From Octopus vulgaris (taxonomy: Eukaryota), in contig OX597827.1 of assembly GCA_951406725.2 (NCBI GenBank), positions 31,434,001 to 31,498,000 of the forward strand: 64,000 nt of DNA. Reading direction: 5' to 3'. A model generated the notes under the pieces. The model searched no databases, was not told where the DNA came from, and worked only from the letters and a program-made list of their open reading frames with translations. Shown here one piece after another: positions 1 to 13,012 of the stretch. Position 1 is the first letter of the stretch; every line of letters begins with the position of its first letter. Made by a program: the position numbers and the translations under genes.

Positions 1-4
1 TACA

Positions 5-74
<70 letters not shown>

Positions 75-565
75 TAATAATAATAATAATATTAGGGAGT
101 AAATCCAAACTTACAGGGAAAAATTAGATTTAGGATTAAATCTAATTTTACAGTATAAATATATATATATATTAAATTAGAGATAAAACCACTATTAGGC
201 AAATCAAACAGTGAAAAACATAAACCAAAACATGGAAATAAAATTAATTAATATAATATACAAAATATATAAAATATAAAATTCAAATTTAAAATATTAA
301 AACTAAAAGTTGAAATTAAAAAAAAATTTTTTATTAATTTAAACTTATAAATTTATATATATATATTTTATTATTTTTATTTTTATTATTTTTTATTTAA
401 TTTTTTAAATTTTTTTAATTATTTAAAAAGATTTTTAAAATTTTCTATTCAAATTTTAAAATTTTTTTAATTTAAATTAAAAAAAAATTTTTTTTCATTT
501 TTTTAAATATATATAACTATCAAAAAGTATTAAAAAGTTTAATATAAGATAAATATTAAAACCAC

Positions 566-600
<35 letters not shown>

Positions 601-603
<3 letters not shown>

Positions 604-1360
604 TCATCATCATCATCGTTTAGCGTCCGCTTTCCATGCTGGCATGGGTTGGACGGTTCAACTGGTGTCTGGGAAGCCAGAAGGCTGCACCAGGCCCAGT
701 CTGATCTGGCAATGTTTCTACGGCTGGATGCCCTTCCTAACGCCAACCACTCCATGAGTGTAGTGGGTGCTTTTTACGTGCCACTGGCACAGAGGCCAGT
801 CGGGGCGGCGCTGGCAACGGCCACATTCGGATGGTTCTCTTATGTGCCACCGGCACTGGTATCACAGCTACAATTTCCATTGATGTTGATCGATTTTGAT
901 TTTGATTTTGATTTTAATATTCACTTGCCTCAAGTAGAGTTTTGTGTCCCAAGTAGGAAAGGTATGCATAAGTGGACTGAGGCCACGGGTTATGGTCTCA
1001 CTTGTCCTGCTGGGTCTTCTCAAGCACACCATACTTCCAAAGGTCTTGGTCTCTAGTCATTTCCTTGGTGAGACCTAAAGTTCGAAGGTCGTGCTTCACC
1101 ACCTCGTCCCAGGTTTTCCTGGGTGTACCTCTTCCACAGGTTCCCTCAACCGCTAGGGTGTGGCACTTTTTCACACAACTATCTTCATCCATTCTCGCTA
1201 CATGACCATACGAGCACAAACATCTCTCTTGCACACCACAACTGATGCTTCTTAGGTCCAACTTTTCTCTCAAGGTACTTACACTCTGTCGAGTATGAAC
1301 ACTGACATTACACATCTATCGGAGCATACTGGCTTCATTTCTTGCGAGCTTACGCATATC
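601..1360 (-). mobile_element. 5'-truncated RTE-like LINE: RT C-terminus, 3'UTR and (GAT)n tail
   Basis: ORF 998-1315(-) reads YGHVARMDEDSCVKK...GRGTPRKTWDEVVKHDL, typical of RTE C-termini. It runs into the abundant repeat ending ...ggaaagcggacgctaaacgatgatgat. Confidence 0.8.
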
Positions 1361-1361
1361 C

Positions 1362-1700
1362 TCAGCAGTCATGGCCCATGTTTCGACTCCCAGACCAGGT
1401 GTTGTGAGTGTTTATTGAGTGAAAACACCTAAAGCTCCATGAGGCTCTGGCAGGGGGGGGGTGAACTCTGCTGTATTCTTTCACCACAATTTGTCTCACT
1501 CTTTTTTCCTGTTTCTGTCGTACCTGTATTTCAAAGGGGCCAGCCATGTCACACTCTATGTCACGCTGAATCTCCCCGTGAACTACGTTAAGGGTACATG
1601 TGTCTGTGGAGTGTTCAGCCACTTGCACCTTAATTACGCAAGCAAGCTGTTCCATTGATCATATCAACTGGAACCCATATTATCATAACCGACCAAGTGC
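1362..1700 (+). mobile_element. tRNA-derived SINE, 5' part degraded
   Basis: B-box-like gtttcgactccc. Body is shared with reverse-orientation copies at 61170-61400 and 63020-63225. Confidence 0.6.
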
Positions 1701-1701
1701 C

Positions 1702-1745
<44 letters not shown>

Positions 1746-1746
<1 letters not shown>

Positions 1747-2041
1747 TCTTACTCTTTTACTTGTTTCAGTCATGTGACTGTGGCCATGCTGGAGCACCAC
1801 CTTTAGTCAAGCAATGTTGGGGAGACAAACACAGACACACAAACACATACATATATATATATATACATACATATATACGATGGGCTTCTTTCAGTTTCCA
1901 TCTACCAAATCCACTCACAAGGCTTTGGTCAACCCGAGGCTATAGTAGAAGACACTTGCCCAAGGTTCCACGCAGTGGGACTGAACCCGGAACCATGTTG
2001 TTCGTAAGCAAGCTACTTACTACACTGCCACTCCTATGCCT
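1746..2041 (-). mobile_element. tRNA-derived SINE family B (internal TA/CA microsatellite, AAGAGT-type tail)
   Basis: Minus-strand head ggagtggc...ggtaagtagcttgc...ggttcagtccc with A/B-box-like motifs. More than 10 copies in the window. Confidence 0.85.
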
Positions 2042-2419
2042 ATATATATGAGAAAGAAAATGGAATTCATGAGACTCTGTTATTCACTACGATTGTTTCG
2101 AGTCAACATACACCACTGCCTCAAGAGTGCAATGCTTTACAATATTTCAGTAATAAAGGGTCTCATTACTTCCATTTTCTTTCTCTCATATATTTTACAA
2201 AATCTCCAGGCACAAAGGAATTCCTGAAGCAAAACCAGTGGCATATACCTCTACACCATTGATGACATCAGGTAGCCAAATATTATGGACAGGCTTTGAA
2301 TTGCATACTGCAAGGTGCATAACCGGATATAAGATTATTGTTATATGTGTACCGTGGGATATACTGAGCTTGTGTAGAGTTGTGAAGCCAAGTGAGATTG
2401 TAGTTGTTGCCGATGGTAG

Positions 2420-2622
2420 TGCCACATGAATGGCACCCATGCCAGTGGCATGTAAATAGTATCCAATACACTCTTGAAGTGATTGGCTTTAGGAAGGCCA
2501 TCCAGCCATAGAAGCCTTGCCAAATCAGGTTGAAACCTGGTGCAGCTCCCCGGCTTCCCAGTTTTCGGTCAACTGTCCAACCCATGCCAGCATGGACAAC
2601 AGATATTAAATGATAATGATGA
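2420..2622 (+). mobile_element. RTE 3'UTR-derived repeat with (GAT)n tail
   Basis: aggaaggccatccagc...caacccatgccagcatgga...atgataatgatgat; same family as 601-1000. Confidence 0.7.
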
Positions 2623-3277
2623 TACACACATGTGTGTGTGTGTGTCTGTGTGTGTGTAATCATCATCAACAGTATTCAATGTCTGTTTTCCATGCTAGCA
2701 TGGGTTGGATGGTTTGACAGTAGCTTGTCAGCTGGAAAGCTGCCCCAGGCTTCAGTTGGCATGGTATGTAAGTGTGTGCATGCTTATTTGTATGTATGTG
2801 CGCATGTGTGTGTGTGTGCGTGTGTGTGTGTGTATATGCATGTATGTATGTATGTATATGTGACCCATCAGAGTCATCAATTGGACCATGTAATATATGG
2901 CCTGCTCTAGCTCTCAACACTTAGCTTCAGAGATCAAATCCTGTCAATGCCACATATGCATTTTATCCTTTACAGAATAGAAATCATAGTTTTAGTCAAA
3001 GCTAGTGGATTGATGCCAATGCTTTAGCATCAGGCAGCATGCCTCCTGGTACCTGTTCTAGTCACGAGCATTGTGAGTTCAAATTGCATCTCCTGCCACT
3101 TGGAAAAAATTATTCAGTCTTATTATCTTTCAAGCTAATGAGAGGCATCCCCAACGATCCCAGGTTAAGGTGATATTTTGGTTTTGAATTTTGGGACAAA
3201 GCCAGCAAGTTTGGGGGAGAGGGTAGGGGCAAGTTGATTACATAGACCCCAATGTTCAACTGATATTTATTTTATGA

Positions 3278-4160
3278 AGGCGGCAAACTGGCTGAATCGT
3301 TAGCATGCCAGGTGAAATGCTTAGGGGTATTTCGTCTGTCTTTATGTTCTGAGTTCAAATTGCCTTTCCTCCTTTTGGGGTCGATAAATTTGATAAGTTG
3401 CATACTGGGGTTGATCTAATTGACTGGCCCTCTCCCCCAATATTTCGGGCTTTGCACTTTGAGTAAAAAAGAATATTTGACTACTGAAAGGTGGCGAGCT
3501 GGTAGAAACATTAGCATGCAGGACGAAATGCATCTGCCGTTACGTTCTGAGTTCAAATTCCACCGAGGTCGACTTTGCCTTTCATCCTTTCGGGGTTCAA
3601 TAAATTAAGTACCAGTTATGCACTGGGGTCGATGTAATCAACTTAATCCCTTTGTCTGTCCTTGTTTGTCCCACGTTCTGAGTTCAAATTTTGCTGAGGC
3701 TGACTTTGCCTTTTATCCTTTCAGGATTGATAAATTAAATACCAGTTATGCACTGGGGTCAATATAATCGACTTAATCCCTTTGTCTGTCCTTGTTTGTC
3801 CCCTCTATGTTTAGCCCCTTGTGGGCAATAAAGAAATAAGAAATGTTAGCATGCCAGGCAGAATGCTTAGCAGTATTTCGTCTGTCCTTACATTCTGAGT
3901 TCAAATTCTGCTGAGGTCGACTTTGCCTTTCATCCTTTCAGGGTCGACAAATTAAGTACCAGATGCATACTGGGGTTGATCTAATCAACTGGCTCCCTCT
4001 CCCAAGATTTTGGGCCTTGTGCGTAGAGTAGAAAAGGATATTTATTTTATTAACCCCAAAAAGATAAAAGGCAAAGTTGACCTCAGCGGAATTTGAACTC
4101 AAAACATAATGACATGAAATACCGCTCAGCATTTTGCCTGGAATGTAACCATTCTGCCAC
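3278..4160. mobile_element. Cluster of tRNA-derived SINEs with a Nin-like central domain
   Basis: Repeated gttctgagttcaaattc (B box) followed by gcctttcatcctttcggggtcgataaa..agtaccag, resembling the Nin domain. About 4 plus-strand copies and 1 minus-strand copy. Confidence 0.75.
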
Positions 4161-4631
4161 TTTACATTCAGGTGATAGACTGCATACTTACTCTGCCTGA
4201 TATATTCAAGATTCCCACAATTCTGTCATGCATTTATTTCCTTCTTGTAGATATTGTTGTCATAGCAACAGTTAATTTATAAATTATTCATTGAGTGCTA
4301 TCAGGGAAAAATATCTTTTTTTATTTATTTATTTATTTATTTATGCTTTTTTTTATTTTTCATATTTTGAGTTAAGAGAAGTTAATGTGAAGCGTATATA
4401 ATTAACATTTTGAGATTTTTAATCTAAATGATATGCTCCATGTACAGGAACTGATCTGACCAGAAAATGAAGAATCTTTCCCACAGGAATCGAGTCTCAA
4501 TATATCGGATTAGAGGCGACCACACTGTGAATTAAGCCAGAAGATATCTGCAGCTATCTTCCTGTAGTCAGAATAGGCCATATCAGTGTTTTACTGGTAG
4601 GAACTGGGAGTTCTACTTCCCCACATACCAT

Positions 4632-4930
4632 GTCATCAGCCTAATCAGCATCAGCATCAGCGTCATCATCATCATCATCACCATCATCATCATTGTTGTC
4701 ATCATCAACATTGTTGTCATCATCATAATCATCATCACAATCGTATTCTTCAACCTCACCATCATCATCATTGTCATCATAATCATAACCATCATCATCA
4801 TTGCCATCATCATCATCGTTGTCCTCCCCCACTTCCTCATCAACTTCATTGTCATCACTGTCTTAATCATTTCCTCCCCCTCCTCCTCCTCATCATCATC
4901 ATTGTTCTCTCCGTCTTCACCACCATCATT
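4632..4930. repeat. Degenerate (CAT)n microsatellite
   Basis: Direct reading. Confidence 0.9.
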
Positions 4931-5160
4931 ATTTTAATGTTTGCTTTTCCATGCTTGGATGGATCAGTCAAGCTGTGTTGGGGCTGGGGTGGGGTGGGGG
5001 TAGAGCTGTCTTTGTTCCTTGTGGTTGAATGATTCTCTTGTCACCAACCTCACTTGTATACTAAGCTAAGGTAAAGGTGCCCCAGTTTATTGAACGAGCA
5101 ACAGCCCAGACATGATGGAGAGATAGAAACCCACTATCTAGCGTGGAAAACGGACGTTAA

Positions 5161-5195
<35 letters not shown>

Positions 5196-5212
5196 AAATC
5201 AACTCACCCTGG

Positions 5213-5777
5213 TACTTGTTTTCTTTTTGAAAGCCTGGTGCTTATACCATCGGTCTCTTTTGCCGAACACCTAAGTTAATGGGACATAAACACACCAACA
5301 CTGGTTATCAAGAGGTGGTGGTGGACAAACACCAACACAAATACACTCAGACACACACACATATATGACAGGCTTCTTTCAGTTTCCATCTACCAAATGC
5401 ACTCACAAGGCTTTGGTCAGCCTGAGGCTAAAGTAGAAGACACTTGTCCAAGGTGCCACACAGTGGGACTGAACCTGGAACCATGAGTTTGGGAAACAGA
5501 CTTCTTACCATACAGCCATGCCCACTCCTATTTATTTATTATTCTTATCCTTCTATTTGTTTATCATTTGACAGTGGCCAAGCTGGAGTACTGCCTTTAA
5601 TTGAACAAATAGACTTCAGCACTTATTCTTTGTAAGCCTAGTAGTTATTCTATCAATCCCTTTTGCCGAACCACTAAGTTACAGGGATGTAAACGCACCA
5701 GCATCTGTTGTCAAGAGATGGCAGGGGGACAAACATAGACACACACATGCATATACACACATATATATATATATTTG

Positions 5778-5861
<84 letters not shown>

Positions 5862-6025
5862 GACAGTCTTCTTTCAGTTTCCATCTACGAAATCCACTCA
5901 TAAGGCTTTGGTTGGCTTGAGGATATAGCAGAAGACACTTGCCCAGGGTGTCATGCAGTGAGATTGAACCAGGAACCATGTGGTTGGGAAGCAAGCTTCT
6001 TACCACACAGCCACGTCTGCACCTA
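5213..6025 (-). mobile_element. Two adjacent SINE family B copies
   Basis: Both contain tttcagtttccatctacc/gaaat...caaggtg...gaacc, as in 1746-2041. Confidence 0.8.
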
Positions 6026-6317
6026 TTTATTTGTTTTTTTTTTTTAGAAAAACCAATCATTACTCACTTAAGACACAGCCACATGTGCTTTGAGTGTCTC
6101 AGAAATTAATCTGTTACAGTTTTAATTGCTGAAGATGTTTTCTTTGGCATCTTCTGACATGTGGTGGCATCAAGTTTAAGAATCTAAAGATGACAATTGG
6201 TACTTTTGAAAGGTGAAGGGGGTGGATGAAGGTGAAGATCTAAAATAAACATTTTGTTTTACTTTTGTCTTTGCATTGCTATTTGTTGTATTTTTATCTA
6301 TCTTTTCTTTTTCCAGC

Positions 6318-6482
6318 ACCTACTACACTCTCAGAGTGGTTGGCATTATGAAGGGCATCCAGCTGTAGAAACATTGCGAGATCAGATTGGGGCCTGGTGC
6401 AGCCCCCTGGCTTCCCAGACATCAGTCAAACCGTCCAACCCATGCCAGCATGGAAACAGACATTAAACGATAATGATGATGG
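6318..6482 (+). mobile_element. RTE 3'UTR-derived repeat
   Basis: aagggcatccagctgtagaaac...ccaacccatgccagcatggaaa...gataatgatgat. Confidence 0.75.
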
Positions 6483-6946
6483 TGTTGTTGTTCTTTTAAA
6501 GGCTATTGCTGTTGTTGTTGTTATTGTTGTTGTTGTTGTTTAGACTAAGGTTAAATTTGATCCCTGCACAGCTAGGATCAAATGTGTTCTACTCCTATCA
6601 ACCACATCATTTATTCAGATGTAGCTTATATATAGGGTGTGGGTGTAAGGGTCTCTAACTGGAGGTAGTACTTTTGGTGTTTAGCAGCTGCACCTTGCGA
6701 GGGACGGTCACATGGAGAGGCACCACTGATCCTCTTTCAAACCCTAATCTCTCACTTGATGGCTCCTAGTGCCACACCCCTGTACCCTACTTCAGCTGGT
6801 TGGCTAAACCAAGTGAGGGGATACTGTTACTCCTGTACCAGTTGGTGAAAGACTCTGTGTAAGGCTTCCAATGGAATCACCAGTCAGGGCAGAGAAACCT
6901 ACCTGCTCAGGTCAACAACCTAGTGTCAGGGTCAACGCATTATCTC

Positions 6947-7128
6947 AATTCTATATTTAAGAGATGAGGAATTATGTACATTATTTACATTATTTACTTT
7001 AAACGATATTTGTACTCATCTTGTTGTTTGTTGTTAACACGTTTCAGCTGATATACCATCCACCCTTTATCAGGTGTCTTGGGGAAATTTTGAACCTGGT
7101 TTCTCATTCTTAAGTTATTTTTCAATGT
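6947..7128 (-). mobile_element. 3' tail of tRNA-HHR retroposon with degenerate hammerhead
   Basis: Reverse complement: ...ccccaagacacCTGATAAagggtggatggtatatcagctGAAACgtgttaac...tacataattcctcatctcttaaatatagaa. Homologous to 60482-60620. Confidence 0.8.
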
Positions 7129-7130
7129 TA

Positions 7131-7162
<32 letters not shown>

Positions 7163-7175
7163 GTTATTATTATTT

Positions 7176-10100
7176 ATGGGTTTTTCTTCTTCTTTCAAAT
7201 TTGCTTCCATTTCTTGCCGAGTGTCTTCCCGACTCCTAGGGCAGAAACTCATAGTATACATTGGTAGGCCATTAAACTAAACTCACTAGTTCGTTCATTT
7301 TTTTTTTTTTTGATAGAAATAAAGTTAAATTAAAATACATGGGTAGTAATAGTTCTCACATCGACAATGCTCTTCTCAATACATGTGATGTACCAGTTAA
7401 GACAATCTTTTGCACTTCTTGCAGGGATGGTAAGCCAGGGATCATTCTCATATAATTTTCGGTTCCCTTCTTGATCATTCCTAGTGCTCCTACGATCACT
7501 GGTATTGTAACCGCCTTGAGATGCCACATTTTCTCAATTTCAATGAGCAGGTCTTTATATTTTCTGAGCTTGTCAAATTCTTTCGCCGAGATATTATGAT
7601 CACAGGGGATGCTCATGTCGATCAATAAGCAAACTTTATTGTTTTGGTCTTTCACAACAATATCCGGTTTATTGGCTTTGATGGTTTGGTCTGTATGTAC
7701 TAGAAAGTCCCACAGAATCATTACATTTTCTCCTTCAGTTACAGCTTCAGGGTGGTGATTATACCACTTGTCGGCAGTTTTGATATTGTAATGCTGACTT
7801 ATTAGCCAGTGTAGATATTGGCCAACTCTGTCATGTCTTAATTTATACTCCACTGGTGCTAAGACTTTACATCCAGAGATTAGGTGGTCCACTGTTTCAA
7901 TCATGTCGTTGCAGAATTGGCATTTTGGGTCTGCTCCATTTTTCATCACATTGGTCTGGTAGTTCTGGGTTAATAGGCTTTGATCTTGAGCAGCCAGGAT
8001 GAAACCTTCACTCTCTGCTTTTAGCCCTGAGCTCCATAGCCACTGATGGGTTTGCTTCTGGTCAACATCAGCTTGTTTGCTACGGGCCACGTATTTGCCG
8101 TGCAGAGGTTTCTCCTCCCACCTATCAGCCAATTGCCCGTGTGCTTTTTTCGTTGCCATTATTTTCACCTTCTTTGCAACAATAGTTGCTGTACTTCCCT
8201 CGGGTTGTTCAGTTTGGGTATCCTGCACGAGATCAATAGCTTCTTTCGTCTCTCGTGATTTTCCACAAGCTTTAGCATCCAGTCATTCGTTATTTCAAGA
8301 TATTTGGCCAGTCCAATTGTGGTTGTTTTGTAAGCTAGTTCAAATTGGATCAGGCCTTGACCTCCTTGGGCTCTGGGGAAGTAAAGGCGATCTACATCTG
8401 CCTTTGGGTGGTGCATCCTATTACAACTCAGCAGCTTGCGTATTTTCCTATCTATTTTCTTTACTTCACTCATATTCCAGTTCAACACATTGTAGCTATA
8501 AGTAACAACTGGAACTGCTAAGGAATTTATAGCTAACACCTTGTTACGTGCATTTAGTTCAGATTTCAGGACTGCTTGAACTCTCCTATAACATTCCTTC
8601 CTGATCTTCTCTTTCATGCTTGCATGCTGAATACCAGAGCCTTCATTTATCCCTAAATATTTGTAGGTTTGTTTTTGCTCAAGCTCTCTTATGACTGTGT
8701 CAACATCTAACACGACTGAATTTGTGGTCTTCACTTTCCCTTTCTGGAAAGTGGCCTTGCACACTTCTCAAGCCCAAACTCCATCCCGATGTCATGACTG
8801 AATGCTTTCACAGTGCGCAATAGGCCTTCAAGTTCATTATTGTCTTTACCATAGAGTTTTAAGTCATCCATATAAAATAGATGGCTTATTTTTTAATTGA
8901 CAATTTTATACCCATGCCCTGTTCTGTTTAATTCACTTGTAAGGGGTATTACGGCTATGCAGAATATTAGAGGTGAAAGTGAGTCACCTTGAAAAATGCC
9001 ACAGTTGATGTTTATATTCTCTGAGGCAAGTACTCCAATAGAGTGGTATAATTGGAGATTCGTATTCCACAACGATATATTATGCTTCAGGAAGCTTGAA
9101 ATCACAGAGGAAATTTTGAAGATGTCCAGTGATTTCAAGATCCATGAATGCAGTATACTGTCGAAGGCCTTTTTATAGTCAATCCATGCGGAGCTGAGAT
9201 TTTTGCACTTGTGACAGTTCTCAAGGATCATACGATTAATTAGCAGTTGATCTTTGCATCCGTATGAGCCTCAGCGGCACCCTTTTTGTTCAATGGGGAA
9301 AATACCGTTCTTCTCCATGAATGCATATGTTTTCTCCGCCAGGATAGATTTTAGGATTTTATACGTGGTGGATAAACAGGTTATAGGCCAATAGTTTTTT
9401 TGGAAGTTTGGTTTCATTATTCTTTGGGAGTAGGTAAGTAATACCACTTGCTAACCATTCAGGTGTTTTCTTTGGTTCTCTCATAATTCCATTGAGCAGC
9501 TGAACTAGCTTACCGTGTGCGCATGGGAGCGATGAGAGCCAGAAATTCGGCATCCTATCTTTACCGGGGGATTTCCAATTATGGGCCTTCGTGAGTGCCT
9601 TTCTTAGGTCTGCTATTGTGATGACTTCCCATGCTTGTTGTAAATTTTGGTAGGATCCTTCTGTTTGTATAATCCAGTCTGCATTTATGTTGTATGTCTT
9701 CTCGTCACTCCAAATCCTTTTCCAAAAGTTTTGAACTTCTTCCATGGGAGGGGGGTCTTTAACGGTTACTTTCTCCTTCCCTATTTCTCAGTAGAATTTT
9801 TTGGCATTGGATGTGAACAGCTTATTTTGCTTGTAAAACTTGTTTCTCTTCTCAAATCTTCGTATTTATTTGAGCTTTTGCTTGGACTTTTTGTTTCAGC
9901 GTTTCTTTTATTGATATCAGTTCTTCTCTTGGTGAGGATCCAAATTTTCTCTTCATCTTTCTTCCTGTTCTGGATCTTACATCATTTCCACATATTAGTT
10001 CATTTAATATTGATATTTCCCCTCTCATAAATTCAATCTCTTTTTCAATTTTACTTCTCCAGGTTTGGTTTTCTTTGTTTTTTCGGGGGCATACAGCTGG

Positions 10101-11023
10101 TTTCAGTTGCCCTAGCAGAAGCGTAAATAATTTCATTTAACTCAGTAAAATCAGGTTTTAATTTCATTTGTTACATAGTTGCCAATTTTGATTTGTTTTT
10201 TATTTTGGTTTGTATTTGAGAGTTTATGAAGTGGTTCTCTATCATTCATACTTGTATGTCTTACAACTTCAAGCGTATTCAGGATTTTCTGCCTCATTTC
10301 TTCCTTAGACTCTCTGTGTTCTTCAGCAAATGTGAGATCTTCAGTTACTGTTGTTTTATCATTTTCCTGACTATCTTTAACAGGTTCAATAGAATTTCTT
10401 GTATCTTTAGGCCTTTGCGTGCTTTGGTCAGATGGCAGTCTTTCAATTAAGCCTCGTGGCGGGCTATTCTGTTCATCTGATTCTTCATTTCCTTTGTGTC
10501 TTATATTTATGTCATTTTCCGTTGTGTGCTTGATCGCGCTTATTTCATTGTCTGTGAGTCTGTTATTTCTTAGGATATCCTTCCTCACATTTGCCAATTT
10601 GTTCTCGCCCAAATAGGGTCTACTGTCTTGATTCCGTGTTCGCCATATACTGTAAGAGTTTGTGGTGTGTCACTCTTGAGATGGCCTACCTAATGCATAG
10701 TAATAAGCGTATATTACTCCTTTATACTCTTCTCGGGTCCATTTGTTCTGCTTACAGTTTTCTTTCTGTGGTGGTTGTGGTGGTGAACTTGGAGGGCTTG
10801 AGTTGGGGAATTTCCCATTCAAGTGACCATCCATGTCCGTATTCGGAGAAGAGTTTGTGCCAGTTGATGACTTTTCGATCCCAGGCTGGCTCTTTCCTGG
10901 GGGACGCGCTTCCAGATTAACCATAGGACAAGCGATTTGGTATACTGATTTAGTTTTCCTTTTAGTTTCCAAAAACATTTTGGTGCTACGATAATGTTAT
11001 CATTTTTGAGCTCTGAGTGGCTC
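7176..11023 (-). mobile_element. Near full-length Dong/R4-clade non-LTR retrotransposon (RT, CCHC knuckle, RLE), frameshifted
   Basis: N-terminal KWTREEYKGVIYAYYY; RT motifs WIDYKKAFDS, GIFQGDSLSP, HLFYMDDL, YKYLG; knuckle CQFC...DHLISGC; RLE motifs RHDRV, KPDIVV, IDMSIP, KLRKY. Flanked by (ATT)n on both sides. Confidence 0.92.
7356..8228 (-). pseudogene. Zinc knuckle and restriction-like endonuclease segment of the Dong/R4 ORF
   Basis: 290-aa ORF with the CCHC and PD-(D/E)xK-type motifs listed above. Confidence 0.88.
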
Positions 11024-11050
11024 TATTATTATTATCATTGTTATTGTTAT

Positions 11051-11124
11051 TCAGATCTCTGCCTGGGATCGAACTCAGAATCTTGGGGTTAGTAGCCTGC
11101 GCTCTTAACCACTATACCATATGC
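11051..11124 (-). mobile_element. tRNA-like Pol III head of the tRNA-HHR retroposon
   Basis: Reverse complement gcatatggtatagtggttaagagcgcaggctactaaccccaagattctgagttcgatcccagg: A box TGGTATAGTGG, B box GAGTTCGATCC. Confidence 0.8.
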
Positions 11125-11179
11125 TTGAACTACAACAACAACAGCAGCGGCGGTGGCAGTGGTGGTGGCGACAACGACG

Positions 11180-11400
11180 ATGAAAAATACCTTAGGAATG
11201 AGAACCCAGGTTCAAAATTTTCCCAGGATACCTGATGAAGGTTTAGCCAACCAGCTGAAGTAGGGTACAGGGGTGTGGCACTAGGAGCCATCAAGTGAGA
11301 GATTAGGGTTTGAAAGAGGATCAGCCGAAAAGTGGTGTTAACAACAAACAAGATGAGTACAAATACCCGTCAAATGTAAATAATGTAAATAATGTGCATT
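11180..11400 (+). mobile_element. Inverted copy of the HHR tail with an 85-bp insert in stem II
   Basis: CTGATGA at 11232-11238 and cagccGAAA at 11322-11330. Flanks are homologous to the reverse complement of 6980-7125. Confidence 0.8.
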
Positions 11401-12004
11401 ATCTCAAGTTGAAACATACTGTTGTGGCTAATGGCTTGGACAGGAATGGGTGCTGCCAAGCTAACTTGCCCATGATGCATTCCTCATGACGAACAACCAA
11501 CTCGAAACCCATATTGTATCGGTATGTCACCCAGGTTAACATCAAAGAATGCCTTAATTTCACCAACTCACAAAAGGTCTCAGAATACTGAAGGAAGTGG
11601 CGAAATCTGGTTACAATGCCATCAACAAACACCTTGATGACCAAACAGTAAAAGGATAAGAAGGAAGGAAGGAGGGGTAGGAAGGAAGGAAGGGAGGTAG
11701 GAAGGAAGGAAGGGAGGGGTAGGAAGGAAGGATGGGGGTAGGAAGGAAGGAAGGGAGGGAGTGAGTTTGTATATCCGGGGCTAGATTATTCGATATGTCA
11801 TTCCTACATTATTTAATGCATCATTCCAACATTGTGAAATCTAATCTAATCACAGCAGGGTGTGATTAGAGGGAGATGGAGATTTGGCTGCTATTTCTAG
11901 AAAGACTATCTCCTCGAGGTTCCCTTGTTAGCTCATTCATTTTGTCATGTTTGTTGGGTCATCACTTCTTGATATAAATTACAAGATGTTGATATTACAA
12001 CTTG

Positions 12005-12360
12005 TTAAATTCCACTGAGGTCGACTTTGCACCTTTCATCGTTTGGTGGGGGGGGGTCGATAAAATTGGCAATAGCTGAGCACTGGGGTCGATGTAATTG
12101 ACTCCGCCCCTCCACCGTCATAATTCCTGGCCTTGTGCCAAAATTTAAAACCAGTATTACAACCTGTTAACACACCAGACAAAAAAAAAAAAGAAAGCTT
12201 GGTAGTACTTCTCCCATGTTCTGAGTTTAAATTCTGCCAAGGCTGACTTTACCTTTCACCCTTTTGAGATCAATAAATACAAGTACCATTTGAGCACTGG
12301 GATTGACATAATCGATTTCCCCCTTCCCTCAAAATCAATGTCTCTGTGCCAAAATTAGAA
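12005..12360 (+). mobile_element. Two Nin-like SINE fragments
   Basis: gaggtcgactttgc..ctttcatc...ggtcgataaa motif. Confidence 0.65.
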
Positions 12361-13012
12361 TGAATAATTAATATTTCATTCTATTTTATTACTATTTATT
12401 ACATTTTTTGTTAGCTTTTTAAATCCTACTTTTATTTTGAAATGATAATATAAGATATATATAATTTATTACTCATCGTATTCCATTGTCTTCTTGTTCT
12501 GCTATCACCACAACTGTTGTTGTTGTTGTTGTTGCTATTGTTGCTGTTGTTTAACCCTAGTCAGACCTGACAGAGCATACATACCTTCAAAGACACTCCA
12601 GCCACAACAACTACATCTTTTTGTATACCAGGGACTACAATGTTAAATGTGATCTCGTTGTTGCTTATATTACCACAAAGCCAATAATGAAAGACATTCC
12701 AGCCATGACCATCACATCCTGTTTTGTATATCAGGAATTTTTTAACCTTGTTGTCAGCATACCAGACAAAATGCTTAGTGGCATTTCGTCGGTCTTTATG
12801 TTCTGAGTTCAAATTCCACCGAGGTCGGCTTTACCTTTCATCTTCGTAATGTTCATAAAATACACATCATTTTACTTCACTCCTGTTCACTCAGCTGGCA
12901 AAAATTAGTTGCACCTGTCAAAGGAGCCAACATTGTCACATTCTGTGTCACATTGAATCTCCCTGAGAACTACATTAAGGGTGCGTGTGTCTATGGAGTG
13001 CTCAGCCACTTG

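Noticed and set aside
649-1056. Recurrent short ORFs such as LDALPNANHS
   Set aside because: Antisense translations of the RTE 3'UTR repeat.
4489-4532. Putative terminal exon encoding IESQYIGLEATTL*
   Set aside because: Only an acceptor-like site supports it; too short to assign.
11051-11124. Functional tRNA gene
   Set aside because: The acceptor stem does not pair and the sequence is embedded in a repeat; it is a SINE head.
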